DNA from: a virus
Virus record (IMG/VR): IMGVR_UViG_3300045988_121909
Reading direction: 5' to 3' (one strand)
DNA length: 64,000 nt
Under the pieces are notes generated by a model. That model did not search any database. It saw only the letters and a list, made by a program, of their open reading frames with translations, and was not told the origin of the DNA. The position numbers and the translations under genes were made by a program. This document shows positions 1 to 8,573 of this stretch, piece after piece; positions within the stretch are counted from its first letter, which is position 1; each line of letters starts with the position of its first letter.

Positions 1-576
1 CTAAGTAACGGAATCAAGATTCCTCCCTTTAATTATGCTAAGAGTAATCGTAATAAGATTGCATCTATGGATAGAAAGCTTTCTAAAATGAGAGACAAGT
101 TGAAGAAAGTTAGTATTGATTATGAGAATGCGAGTAATTATCAAGCATATAAGAAGAAAGTTGCTAAATATAAGACTCATATTGCGAATAAACGTAAAGA
201 CGCTCTAAACAAGCTCACTACGCAACTTGTAACGAAATATGATTTTATTGCTGTTGAAGATTTGAACGTAAAAGGTATGAGTAAAAATCATAGACTTGCT
301 TATGCTATTCAAGACGCTAGCTGGTCAATGTTTACAAGCATGTTAGAGTATAAATGTAAGTGGTATGGAAAAGTATTTCATAAAATAAACAGATTTAAGC
401 CAACAAGCACATTATGTTCATCATGCGGTACTAAGCACAAGGAGATTGTTAACTCACTCGATGTTAGAGAATGGGTTTGTCCTGATTGTGGTACGCATCA
501 CGATAGAGATGTAAATGCTGCAGTGAATATTTTGACTGTTGGCATAAATGAATTAGTTAATACAAGATGCGGTTGA
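1..576 (+). CDS. tnpB: IS200/IS605-family TnpB (OrfB) RNA-guided endonuclease, C-terminal part; reading frame is open to the left window edge
   Basis: C-terminal RuvC-II (IAVEDLN), CxxC...CxxC zinc finger (CSSCG..CPDCG) and RuvC-III (HHDRDVNAAVNIL) motifs typical of TnpB. No stop codon between position 1 and the first ATG, so the gene is 5'-truncated by the window. Confidence 0.8.
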   Translation, partial: LSNGIKIPPFNYAKSNRNKIASMDRKLSKMRDKLKKVSIDYENASNYQAYKKKVAKYKTHIANKRKDALNKLTTQLVTKYDFIAVEDLNVKGMSKNHRLAYAIQDASWSMFTSMLEYKCKWYGKVFHKINRFKPTSTLCSSCGTKHKEIVNSLDVREWVCPDCGTHHDRDVNAAVNILTVGINELVNTRCG

Positions 577-682
577 CGACCGTATTCTCGCCTGGTAAAT
601 TTGCTCTGGAGGGTAGCTAGTTTTTAAACTGACGAGAGTGACCTAAGCTTACCCAGGAATGCGCTTAGCGCAGCGTCATAAC
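567..682 (+). ncRNA. TnpB 3'-end / right-end element, omega-RNA-like scaffold, copy 1 (overlaps the tnpB stop codon)
   Basis: Conserved ~115-nt segment (tgcggttgacgacc...cctggtaa...ttacccagg...gcgcttagcgc..gtcataa) with internal complementary stretches. Repeated at 3705-3820 and 21004-21121. Confidence 0.5.
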
Positions 683-912
683 ATGCCTACAGTAATACAG
701 AGATTTGATTTCATAAAACACATTGCAGATACGCTAGGCACTGCAGTGTAAAGGAGAGTCATGAAGAAAATAATTGCAATCATAGTAGGTTGTGGAATTA
801 TACTAACATTCTTTTATTTAGCTAATATGAGAGTTAGTGATACACTTTTAGAAATAGACACAAAACAACCTGCTGGAGTATTTAGACCTTTTATAGATAG
901 GATATTATCACG

Positions 913-1104
913 ATGACAGTACAGCTAGTCACAGATAGGGAAGTTCTGCATACTGAGATTTTTAATTCATTTGAAGAGTTTAAAGACTACTTAGTATCAA
1001 AGCAGACAGGTAAAATCAAAACGTATAAATGCGGCAATGATGCATACTACATTGATTTTGGCAGTAGTGAGCAGTATTTGCTTATTAGAGAGGAAGAATT
1101 ATGA
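913..1104 (+). CDS. hypothetical protein (63 aa)
   Basis: ORF on the coding strand; stop overlaps the next start (ATGA). Confidence 0.4.
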   Translation: MTVQLVTDREVLHTEIFNSFEEFKDYLVSKQTGKIKTYKCGNDAYYIDFGSSEQYLLIREEEL

Positions 1105-1535
1105 AGAAAGATTACTATTTTGCTTCGGGATGGTGGAGTACCCTCGAAATTGAAAATTACGAAACGATTACAAAAATACTTAAAGACAAAGGCTTTACTT
1201 TGTTTGAGCCAAAGTACGACGTAGGCACAGGTTCAGGTGGTCCACTCACACTAGAAAAAGCTAGAGAGATTTTTAAAGGCGATATTAACGGCATAACTCA
1301 GTGTAAAGCATTATTCGCTGACATAAGCTTTTCTGATAAAGGAGTTTTAGTAGAGATTGGCGTAGCACTAGCGAATAATATTCCAGTTATACTATTTGAT
1401 AACTCACCGAGAAAAGTAATGAATGTTATGCTAGCAGGTAGTGCTAAGAATTGTCTAAGAACATTTGACGACGTGATTGCATTCGCTAATGGCGAAGATG
1501 TGTTTAACTTAGGCGAAGACGTAGAGTTTCAGTAG
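1101..1535 (+). CDS. nucleoside 2-deoxyribosyltransferase-like protein
   Basis: N-terminal YYFASGWWS motif and internal VEIGVALANNIPVILF motif resemble the Rossmann-like nucleoside deoxyribosyltransferase fold. Inference from motifs only. Confidence 0.4.
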   Translation: MKKDYYFASGWWSTLEIENYETITKILKDKGFTLFEPKYDVGTGSGGPLTLEKAREIFKGDINGITQCKALFADISFSDKGVLVEIGVALANNIPVILFDNSPRKVMNVMLAGSAKNCLRTFDDVIAFANGEDVFNLGEDVEFQ

Positions 1536-1544
1536 AGGTTTAAT

Positions 1545-2339
1545 ATGGATAATATTATTATTTTAGCAAATGACGTTATTCAACTTAAAGCTCAGTTTGA
1601 AAACTTGCCTGAGTTAAAATGTAAGTATACAATAGTCAATGAATCTCGTATTGGCAATAAAGTCGATGAGATGAAAAGACTAGCAGAAGACTTAAACATA
1701 CCGGCAGAAATAGTAGATGGGCAGATTATAGTTGATAAGTTTAAGAAAGAAGTTATTGACAATGATTTTGTTGACTCATATCATATGGGTTTAAATCTCT
1801 TATTGCCTTGGTATTATAAAGAGGGTTTATTTACTGAAGAAGATGTAATTTTATCTGAAGGTATAGAAGATGTATTTAATCTGCCTAACTCTGCTTTTGT
1901 TACATCTACTTTGAGTTATAAAAGCTCTAACGCTGTAAGACCTGAGCTAGAAAAGATTTTTATGTCATTCTCAGACGAAGAGTGGAAATATACACATACG
2001 ATGAGCGGTCAGCGTTTATATAAAGATTTTAATTTTGATTTGTATGAAAAGAGATTGTATGATTTCTATGATTCTGAATTTCTAAGAGATTTCTGGAGTA
2101 AGAAACGCAGTCATCGTTCTGGCTTTTTAGATGAAAGATTTGAAAGCTGTTTCTTATATGAATCAGGCATTTTAAACAATGATTTATCAAAGTACACACA
2201 GATTGAAGTACGCAAACCTGAAAAAGTAGATTTCAGCAAGTATAAGATAAAGAAACCTCTCTGGCATAACGCGACAGCAAGTCATAAACTAAAATGGCTG
2301 AAAGCGTTACGTGAGCATAATATCATCAAAGGAGATTAA
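1545..2339 (+). CDS. hypothetical protein (264 aa)
   Basis: Long ORF; RBS-like sequence upstream. Confidence 0.5.
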   Translation: MDNIIILANDVIQLKAQFENLPELKCKYTIVNESRIGNKVDEMKRLAEDLNIPAEIVDGQIIVDKFKKEVIDNDFVDSYHMGLNLLLPWYYKEGLFTEEDVILSEGIEDVFNLPNSAFVTSTLSYKSSNAVRPELEKIFMSFSDEEWKYTHTMSGQRLYKDFNFDLYEKRLYDFYDSEFLRDFWSKKRSHRSGFLDERFESCFLYESGILNNDLSKYTQIEVRKPEKVDFSKYKIKKPLWHNATASHKLKWLKALREHNIIKGD

Positions 2340-3324
2340 GTTGAAAGTAGCAGTTATATCAGATTTACATATAGGGCAAACATTATACAGAAATACTGAT
2401 GATGGTTTAAACAAATACGAAGCTATTCTTTACGATAAGCTAGAAGAGTATGTAGAAGAATGCAAAAAAGCTGACGTAGTGATTATCTGTGGTGATGTAT
2501 TTCACGTACCTAACCCGAGTATAATCGCGATTAATAAATTTAATGAGATGTACGATACGTTAGTTGATAACTGTAGTGATGTTTCAATTATTCTAGGTAA
2601 TCACGACTTTAATCTACAACAAGCTAAGCATAACACTAGTTCTGTTTCAGCTTTAACTGATTTTTGTATTGATTTTAATACAAGCTCTATTCAGTATGAT
2701 GATGTAGTATTTCATTTTGTGCCTTGGTCTTTTAGTGCTGAGCAGAAAAAGGAATTTGAAGAGCAAGTACTAAAGAATCTAGATAAAAAGAAATATAACG
2801 TGCTCATAGCGCACGGCACTACTGAAACATATATGAATCAGTTTAATGTTAATATTGCTTTTGATATTCCTGATGAGTTTATAAAACATTTTGACTTAGC
2901 ATTCATCGGGCACGTACACGAGTATAAAGAATATAAAGTGGGTAAGACTAAAACATTTTCTGTAGGTTCAATCATAAACCCTACAGCGACGAAATGTGAT
3001 ACTGGAATTATATGGTTTGATACACTAACAAAAAAGATTACTCGTCAGCATATAGATACTCCGTATACAGAGAAAATCACTACTGATGATATAAGTGATA
3101 TTGAAGTAAAAAACAACATCTATAAAATAACATACACAGGTGATGTAAATAAAATAGATGATGAAAAATTTAATGAGTTAAAGAAAAAAGCACTCGCTGT
3201 ATCACTAGAACTACCTAATGAAGATATAGAAGAATCAGATGAAAATTTTGAAAGTGACTTTATGACTTGGTTGCAAGACAACTACAGTGACAAAGTAGAC
3301 TTATTTAAGAAAATAAGCGAATAA
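2311..3324 (+). CDS. SbcD/Mre11-family DNA repair exonuclease (T4 gp47-like)
   Basis: Calcineurin-like phosphoesterase motifs in order: ISDLHIG, GDVFH, LGNHD, AHGT, GHVHE. Length of 337 aa is close to T4 gp47. The true start may be the TTG at 2341. Confidence 0.8.
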   Translation: MSIISSKEIKLKVAVISDLHIGQTLYRNTDDGLNKYEAILYDKLEEYVEECKKADVVIICGDVFHVPNPSIIAINKFNEMYDTLVDNCSDVSIILGNHDFNLQQAKHNTSSVSALTDFCIDFNTSSIQYDDVVFHFVPWSFSAEQKKEFEEQVLKNLDKKKYNVLIAHGTTETYMNQFNVNIAFDIPDEFIKHFDLAFIGHVHEYKEYKVGKTKTFSVGSIINPTATKCDTGIIWFDTLTKKITRQHIDTPYTEKITTDDISDIEVKNNIYKITYTGDVNKIDDEKFNELKKKALAVSLELPNEDIEESDENFESDFMTWLQDNYSDKVDLFKKISE

Positions 3325-3344
3325 TCAAGAAAGGGGGACTAAAT

Positions 3345-3659
3345 ATGCATATCAGTTATTTTGACGAAAATTTCTTGAATCACATAAAAGAAAAAGAGAT
3401 TGAGCCTACTATGGCGCTTACAGATGAAGAGATATGGCAAGAGGGTTTGGTAACCTACATATTCTCTGCTGAAGTCAAGGGTGACACATTAATTCTACAC
3501 GCAGGCGCTGAAGAGGAAGTAGAGCCGTATGTATTTTCAGATATTGAATTATTCGATGATGTAGAGCAAGTAGTATTTGAGCATAACAGTAAACAGATAA
3601 ATGATTTTGAATTAATCGATGTTGACTGGGACGAAAATATTTTTTACTTTTGTGCTTAA
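3345..3659 (+). CDS. hypothetical acidic protein (104 aa)
   Basis: ORF with RBS (aaaggggga) upstream. Confidence 0.5.
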   Translation: MHISYFDENFLNHIKEKEIEPTMALTDEEIWQEGLVTYIFSAEVKGDTLILHAGAEEEVEPYVFSDIELFDDVEQVVFEHNSKQINDFELIDVDWDENIFYFCA

Positions 3660-3664
3660 TAAGG

Positions 3665-3692
3665 TTTACAGTAAATAAAAATTGTGATATAA
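3665..3692 (+). promoter_or_regulatory. sigma70-like promoter (GTTTACA, about 17 nt, TATAAT) positioned to transcribe solo omega-RNA-like copy 2
   Basis: gtttacagtaaataaaaattgtgatataat, followed within ~12 nt by the conserved aatgcggttgacgac start of the repeat. Confidence 0.55.
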
Positions 3693-3704
3693 TAGTATAT
3701 ACAA

Positions 3705-3820
3705 AATGCGGTTGACGACCGTGTAATCGCCTGGTAAATTGCTCTGGATGGTAGCTAATTTGAAGATTGGTGAGAGTGACCTAAGCTTACCCAGGAATGT
3801 GCTTAGCGCAACGTCATAAT
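3705..3820 (+). ncRNA. solo omega-RNA-like / TnpB right-end element, copy 2 (no adjacent tnpB)
   Basis: About 90% identical to 567-682 with a variable central hairpin. Driven by its own promoter. No ORF. Confidence 0.5.
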
Positions 3821-4005
3821 GATAATTACATTAAGCATAGGCGTCTGAGAATCAAGATGCTGCGTGTGAATCTGATGAACTTGCACGTAGAACAACATCG
3901 CTTATTCGAATAGCATACGCTCAAGTCAGTATGTATCTTCATCAAATATATTCTGCTTGAAACTATATTTACGTCTATGCTTTTATCAAAAAAAAGGTGT
4001 AAACA

Positions 4006-4212
4006 ATGCTTGATATTTTAAAACGAGTCAGAGTAAAAGCTGATAGAAAATGCGCAATGTGCGGTAGAACAATTCGCGAAGGTAGTTCTTGCTATACTCA
4101 CAGCGTCAAATATAAGGGTCGAGGCTGGGTATGCAGAAACTGCTACGACGAAATGGAAGAAGACGAAATGTTGCTTGAAGAACTATCGTACGACGACTAT
4201 TACGATTGGTAA
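4006..4212 (+). CDS. small zinc-ribbon protein (68 aa)
   Basis: CAMCG...CRNC cysteine pairs; acidic C-terminus; RBS aaaaaggtg upstream. Confidence 0.5.
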   Translation: MLDILKRVRVKADRKCAMCGRTIREGSSCYTHSVKYKGRGWVCRNCYDEMEEDEMLLEELSYDDYYDW

Positions 4213-4236
4213 TTTACACTTACATTTTAAAGATTC

Positions 4237-4310
4237 GGGTCAGTAGCTCAGTTGGTTAGAGCGTCCGGCTGTTAACCGGAAGGTCGTAAGTTCGAGTCTT
4301 TCATAAATCA
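4237..4310 (+). tRNA. tRNA-Asn(GTT)-like, probable pseudo-tRNA
   Basis: Canonical D-arm (tagctcagttggttagagc) and anticodon arm (tccgg ctGTTaa ccgga). The T-arm is present, but the 3' strand (ataaatc) cannot pair with the 5' acceptor (gggtcag). Confidence 0.4.
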
Positions 4311-4316
4311 AATTAC

Positions 4317-4391
4317 GGCGCCATTGTAGAAAGGTTAGTACACAAGGTTTTCATCCTTGAAGTCTGGGTTCGAGTCCCAGTGGCGTCACCA
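4317..4391 (+). tRNA. tRNA-Glu(TTC)
   Basis: Acceptor ggcgcca/tggcgtc; anticodon arm caagg ttTTCat ccttg; T-arm ctgggttcgagtcccag; CCA encoded. Confidence 0.8.
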
Positions 4392-4555
4392 AACGAAAGT
4401 AGCTTGCCTAATTAGACAAGGGTTCGTCTAACAAAGTAAACTGCTTACTGATAGTTTTTACTATCGACAAAGCGAACAGTAGTATAAGTATATTATTTAT
4501 TCATTTACGAGTAAGATTCATAACTGAGATTGTTATGACTGTTCGCCAATTATAT

Positions 4556-4630
4556 AGTCCGTTAGTTTAATGGTTAAAATGTCCGGCTGTCGACCGGATG
4601 ACGAGGGTTCGATTCCCTTACGGACTGCCA
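4556..4630 (+). tRNA. tRNA-Asp(GTC)
   Basis: Perfect 7-bp acceptor agtccgt/acggact; anticodon arm tccgg ctGTCga ccgga; T-loop ttcgatt; CCA encoded. Confidence 0.85.
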
Positions 4631-4635
4631 AATAT

Positions 4636-4711
4636 GCCTTGTTAGCTCAGTTGGTAGAGCACACGACTTTTAATCGTGGAGTCCAGAGTTCGAATCTCTG
4701 ACAAGGCACCA
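4636..4711 (+). tRNA. tRNA-Lys(TTT)
   Basis: Acceptor gccttgt/acaaggc; D-arm tagctcagttggtagagc; anticodon arm cacga ctTTTaa tcgtg; CCA. Confidence 0.85.
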
Positions 4712-4737
4712 AAAATTTATCTTAGATGTATTAAAAA

Positions 4738-5511
4738 TTGAAGTTAGAAACAAGAGAAAAGATAAGACAGAGTCTTAAAAATCATTACAGAGAGCATAGA
4801 AAAGAAAAACACTGCAAATTCTGTGGAAGAACAATCTCTACTGATAGAAGAAAATCAAAATACTGTAGTGATGAGTGCAGAATTAGAGATAATCAAGTCA
4901 TTTCACTGATAAAATATTTTGAATTTGACTCATCTGTGATTGGGACTACTGAAGTTTTTGATGAATGGGATAGAGTTAAACATACACTAGAAAAATTGTA
5001 CTGGAAAGAAGAAAAGACTTCAACAGAGATTTGCAAAATGTTTGGTTATCCAAATAGCAGTAATCTAACAAGTAAAATATTCAAATATCTCGAAATAAAA
5101 TCTAAAACTGCTCAAGAGTCAACTCATTTAAACTATAAAAATGGAATTTTAACTCCGCCTACAAATAACACGTATCATCAAGGGTGGCATACTACTTGGG
5201 ATAATAAGAGAGTATATCTAAGAAGTTCGTATGAATTTGAGTTCGCTAAGCGTTTAGATAGATTGCATACTCGTTACACAGTTGAAGAATTAAGAATTGA
5301 GTATTTTGACACAGTTAAAAATTATAAAAGAATAGCAATTCCTGATTTTTATATCTCTAAAGAAAATTTAATTGTTGAAGTTAAATCTAACTATACACTT
5401 AATATTCAAAATATGATTGATAAAGCTAGAGAGTATAGAGCGCAAGGATATAATTTTTTATTATTTTTAGAAAATCGTTATTTAACGCTTGAAGAATTAG
5501 AAAATATGTAG
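4738..5511 (+). CDS. homing-endonuclease-like protein with N-terminal zinc ribbon / NUMOD-like repeats and a C-terminal PD-(D/E)XK (Vsr/DUF559-like) nuclease domain
   Basis: CKFCG...CSDEC zinc motif and an ETREKIRQSLK NUMOD3-like repeat. C-terminal PDFYI...LIVEVK (D..E.K) motif. Embedded in the tRNA cluster. Apparent TTG start. Confidence 0.55.
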   Translation: MKLETREKIRQSLKNHYREHRKEKHCKFCGRTISTDRRKSKYCSDECRIRDNQVISLIKYFEFDSSVIGTTEVFDEWDRVKHTLEKLYWKEEKTSTEICKMFGYPNSSNLTSKIFKYLEIKSKTAQESTHLNYKNGILTPPTNNTYHQGWHTTWDNKRVYLRSSYEFEFAKRLDRLHTRYTVEELRIEYFDTVKNYKRIAIPDFYISKENLIVEVKSNYTLNIQNMIDKAREYRAQGYNFLLFLENRYLTLEELENM

Positions 5512-5584
5512 GCATAGTGTAATTGGTTAACACGCTTGTCTTCCAAACAAGCATTAGGGGTTCAAGTCCCCTTGCCTGCTCCAA
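5509..5584 (+). tRNA. tRNA-Gly(TCC)
   Basis: Acceptor gtaggca/tgcctgc; anticodon arm cttgt ctTCCaa acaag; T-arm aggggttcaagtcccct; CCA. The 5' end overlaps the stop codon of the preceding CDS. Confidence 0.75.
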
Positions 5585-5592
5585 AAAATATG

Positions 5593-5665
5593 CCAGTGTA
5601 GTTTAATGGTAAAACAGGTGTTTTGTAATCATCGGTTGGGAGTTCGATTCTCTCCACTGGCTCCA
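5593..5665 (+). tRNA. tRNA-Thr(TGT)
   Basis: Acceptor gccagtg/cactggc; D-stem gttt/aaac; anticodon loop ttTGTaa, with a U-U pair at 31-39; CCA. Confidence 0.7.
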
Positions 5666-5911
5666 AATAAATATAAGCGTTGAGAATTAAATACCTATGC
5701 TGCATATGAACGTGATAAACTCATATGTAGAACAACATAGATACCAGACTTTGTCTATTTGGTTTTGCTAATAAAACTCAAAGTCTAAAAAGATTCGAAA
5801 GAGGCTGATTTAATAAAATTAGAATTATCGCTCTTATCAAGCGATAGTTGCATAAACTAGTAATTGTGAAGATAACTTAGTCGATGCCATATCTTACGCT
5901 TATATTTTTAC

Positions 5912-5985
5912 GGGCTGATAGTTCAATGGGAGAACATACGGCTTGCATCCGTATAATGAGAGTTCAATTCTCTCTCAGTCCACCA
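5912..5985 (+). tRNA. tRNA-Ala(TGC)
   Basis: Acceptor gggctga/tcagtcc; anticodon arm tacgg ctTGCat ccgta; T-arm gagagttcaattctctc; CCA. Confidence 0.8.
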
Positions 5986-5989
5986 TTCA

Positions 5990-6073
5990 CGGAGGATAGT
6001 CTAACTGGTAAGACACCGAACTGTAACTTCGGCGCTTTATGGCTTGTAGGTTCAAGTCCTACTCCTCCGACCA
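5990..6073 (+). tRNA. tRNA-Tyr(GTA), type II (long variable arm)
   Basis: Acceptor cggagga/tcctccg; anticodon arm ccgaa ctGTAac ttcgg; long variable arm; T-arm gtaggttcaagtcctac; CCA. Confidence 0.8.
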
Positions 6074-6092
6074 AATTTAAGGAGATATTAAG

Positions 6093-6353
6093 ATGTTAGT
6101 AGAAGTTAAGCAAATAACAGAATATCTTGATTCTAATGTCAGTCATAGAGCTATTGTAGAGATAGAACGTGACGGCTTAGGCAGATTTAAGTTTATGTCA
6201 GGACGTTTTAAGAGAGTTTACACTAATCTTACTTTTCCTGAGCTTAATGCTTCAATCAATGTTGAATATATCTGTATGTCAGATGGCAAGTACAATATGT
6301 CTTTAACTGATTTTGAAGAATTTTATCTCTTGAATGCTCTTCAGAGACACTGA
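6093..6353 (+). CDS. hypothetical protein (86 aa)
   Basis: ORF with RBS (aaggagat) upstream. Confidence 0.5.
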   Translation: MLVEVKQITEYLDSNVSHRAIVEIERDGLGRFKFMSGRFKRVYTNLTFPELNASINVEYICMSDGKYNMSLTDFEEFYLLNALQRH

Positions 6354-6405
6354 TTTGACTTCTGAGAGCTTTTCATATACATCTTAATAAAATATGCGCC
6401 TGTGG

Positions 6406-6472
6406 TGGAATTGGCATACACGGTAGTCTTAGAAACTACTTTTTGCGGGTTCAAGTCCCGCTGGGCGTACCA
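6406..6472 (+). tRNA. tRNA with anticodon TAG (nominally Leu) but a short variable arm (type I)
   Basis: Perfect anticodon arm gtagt ctTAGaa actac; T-arm gcgggttcaagtcccgc; CCA. The acceptor has three G-U pairs. No long variable arm. Confidence 0.55.
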
Positions 6473-6480
6473 CTAATACA

Positions 6481-6512
6481 GATAGAACTAATCTTCTATC
6501 TATTTTTTTTGT
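6481..6512 (+). terminator. rho-independent terminator after tRNA cluster 1
   Basis: Hairpin agatagaa-ctaat-cttctatct followed by a T8 run. Confidence 0.6.
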
Positions 6513-6516
6513 TTTT

Positions 6517-6546
6517 GTTTACATTACTCTGATTTTATGTTAATAT
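6517..6546 (+). promoter_or_regulatory. promoter of the GTTTACA-N17-TAtAAT class
   Basis: gtttacattactctgattttatgttaatat, located after a T-run. Confidence 0.5.
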
Positions 6547-6573
6547 TAAATAAAAAACTAAAGGAGAGAGATT

Positions 6574-7401
6574 ATGAAACAACCTTTGATAGTAAATCTC
6601 TATGGTGCACCCGGCGCTGGTAAGTCTACTGGCGCAGCTTATATATTTTCAAAACTAAAGCTGAAAGGTTACAGCGTAGAGCTAGTTACAGAGTTCGCTA
6701 AAGATAAAGTTTATGAAGGTTCAAAAGCAGTATTTGAAAATCAGGCTTATATCTTTGGCAAGCAATTTTTCAGAATGTCAAGAATTAAAGACGTAGAAGT
6801 GATAATCACTGACTGTCCTTTGATGCTCTCTGCATTCTACGCAGAAAAGTATGATTTTAACTATACTGAAGAGTTAAAGGCGCTAGTTAAGAAAGTAAGT
6901 TCAGAGCAACGTGCTTTAAACGTATTCGTACAGAGAGATAAGCCATACAATCCAAATGGTAGATTCCAGTCTGAAGAAGAGTCAGATGAGCTATGCACTG
7001 AGATTACAAATTTTCTAGACGCTAATAAAGTTAAATACATCGATTGTAAAGGAAATGAAGCAGGATATGATGAGCTCATATCAATTGTTGAGCAGAATCT
7101 AGATTATACTTTTGAAATTGTTAGTATTTTACAGAGTCTTGTTCATTACCACATAATCTCTGATGTTATGTTTACTTCACTATGCAATAAGCTTGCGTAT
7201 CTAAAAGAGTTCAATATAGAACCTGTTGATGACTATCGCGCTATGTGCGAGCTTGCAATATGGATAAACAGCACATTTGACTCACACGTAGTTAGAGAAC
7301 TTACAAGCGACTTTGTATATGAAGAAGCTAAGAAGCTTATACTCAGCATTGAAATGAAATATTGCGCTTTGTGTCAATCTAGGATGGTCAAAGGAGTATA
7401 A
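6574..7401 (+). CDS. P-loop NTPase, putative nucleotide/polynucleotide kinase-like protein
   Basis: Walker A GAPGAGKST close to the N-terminus, in a kinase-like arrangement. No recognisable phosphatase domain. Function inferred. Confidence 0.5.
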   Translation: MKQPLIVNLYGAPGAGKSTGAAYIFSKLKLKGYSVELVTEFAKDKVYEGSKAVFENQAYIFGKQFFRMSRIKDVEVIITDCPLMLSAFYAEKYDFNYTEELKALVKKVSSEQRALNVFVQRDKPYNPNGRFQSEEESDELCTEITNFLDANKVKYIDCKGNEAGYDELISIVEQNLDYTFEIVSILQSLVHYHIISDVMFTSLCNKLAYLKEFNIEPVDDYRAMCELAIWINSTFDSHVVRELTSDFVYEEAKKLILSIEMKYCALCQSRMVKGV

Positions 7402-7404
7402 GAA

Positions 7405-8040
7405 ATGACTACATTTTTTGAAATAATACTCATAATATCGAATATTACAGCTTTCATATTAATGACGTTTTGTATACTAGTATTTTATAGATGTATTATA
7501 CCTAAAAGCGCCAATGATTTTGCGTCTCACAGCAACATATATGTAGGTTATTGTGACTATGAAAAATTACTCATATCATCTACACTGATTACAACTGCAA
7601 TTAATAGTTTACTATCAATTATTAATGTGATTATGCATTTATCTACTGCGCTTGTTACACTGTGTATGTGTATGCTAGCATACACAGTCATATTTGCTAT
7701 ATTGTATACTTGCCTCAAGCTATACAAAAGTTATACTGATAAAATATGTAGAGTATTTTCATTTATTACATTAAATACAAAAAAGTATGATAGTAAAGTA
7801 GTTTTAGCATTATTCAGTAATAAGGATACGCGTTCAACACTTATTAAAACATTTATTGAACCTTTGAATAACTTATTAATCACTGCAAAGAGCTTTAATA
7901 CAAAAGAAAAGAAGATGAAGTTTTATGAAGAAGTTGTAGAAGTAAAGATAGATGAATTTGTAAATGCAATGCAAGATGAGTATAACAAGCTTAAATTACA
8001 AGATGAAAGCGTAATTGACGCGTTTAAGAAACGTATATAA
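7405..8040 (+). CDS. membrane protein (211 aa)
   Basis: N-terminal hydrophobic helices, then a charged C-terminal domain. Confidence 0.5.
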   Translation: MTTFFEIILIISNITAFILMTFCILVFYRCIIPKSANDFASHSNIYVGYCDYEKLLISSTLITTAINSLLSIINVIMHLSTALVTLCMCMLAYTVIFAILYTCLKLYKSYTDKICRVFSFITLNTKKYDSKVVLALFSNKDTRSTLIKTFIEPLNNLLITAKSFNTKEKKMKFYEEVVEVKIDEFVNAMQDEYNKLKLQDESVIDAFKKRI

Positions 8041-8052
8041 AAGGAGATTTAA

Positions 8053-8556
8053 ATGAATGCCAAGAATATTTTTGCGATAGGTTTGTTAATAATTGCATTT
8101 GTATTTTTAGTAGTAATTCCTCTAGCAATTGTGTTAAATGAGACGCGCAAGGAAAAGCGTGCAATGAATACGCCATACAACAAGATAGGAAGAGTACTTG
8201 ATAATTTAATATATTTGAGTACTAAATACAAAATCGCAATATCAAAAAACCAAGTATTCACTATTCGCGAAACATATTTACCAGAGTTATATCGAATAGA
8301 GCAAGAACAATTATATGAAGAATACGTTGAACCGATCGAAAAGTCAATAGATTTTTCAAAATCATTTAGAACAAAAGAGGCAACTAGAGACTTTTTAGCC
8401 AATGAAACAAAGTTATTATTTGACGCATTCGAAACTGAATTGATTAAGATATATAAACATAATAAAGAATCAGAGGAAACGTCTAGAGCACTCAAAAAAG
8501 AGCTTGACAAAGCGTATGATGAAGAACTACTGAAAAAGTACAAGAGTTTAAAATAG
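8053..8556 (+). CDS. membrane-anchored protein (167 aa)
   Basis: N-terminal transmembrane helix, then a Lys/Glu-rich domain. Confidence 0.5.
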   Translation: MNAKNIFAIGLLIIAFVFLVVIPLAIVLNETRKEKRAMNTPYNKIGRVLDNLIYLSTKYKIAISKNQVFTIRETYLPELYRIEQEQLYEEYVEPIEKSIDFSKSFRTKEATRDFLANETKLLFDAFETELIKIYKHNKESEETSRALKKELDKAYDEELLKKYKSLK

Positions 8557-8573
8557 AGAAGGAAGAAGAGAAT

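Noticed and set aside
5884-6099. 71-aa plus-strand ORF
   Set aside because: It lies wholly within tRNA-Ala and tRNA-Tyr; it is a tRNA sequence read as protein.
6574-7401. T4-style bifunctional polynucleotide kinase-phosphatase (Pnk)
   Set aside because: Only a P-loop kinase-like N-terminal region is visible. There is no DxDxT HAD phosphatase motif, so it was kept as a generic P-loop kinase-like protein.
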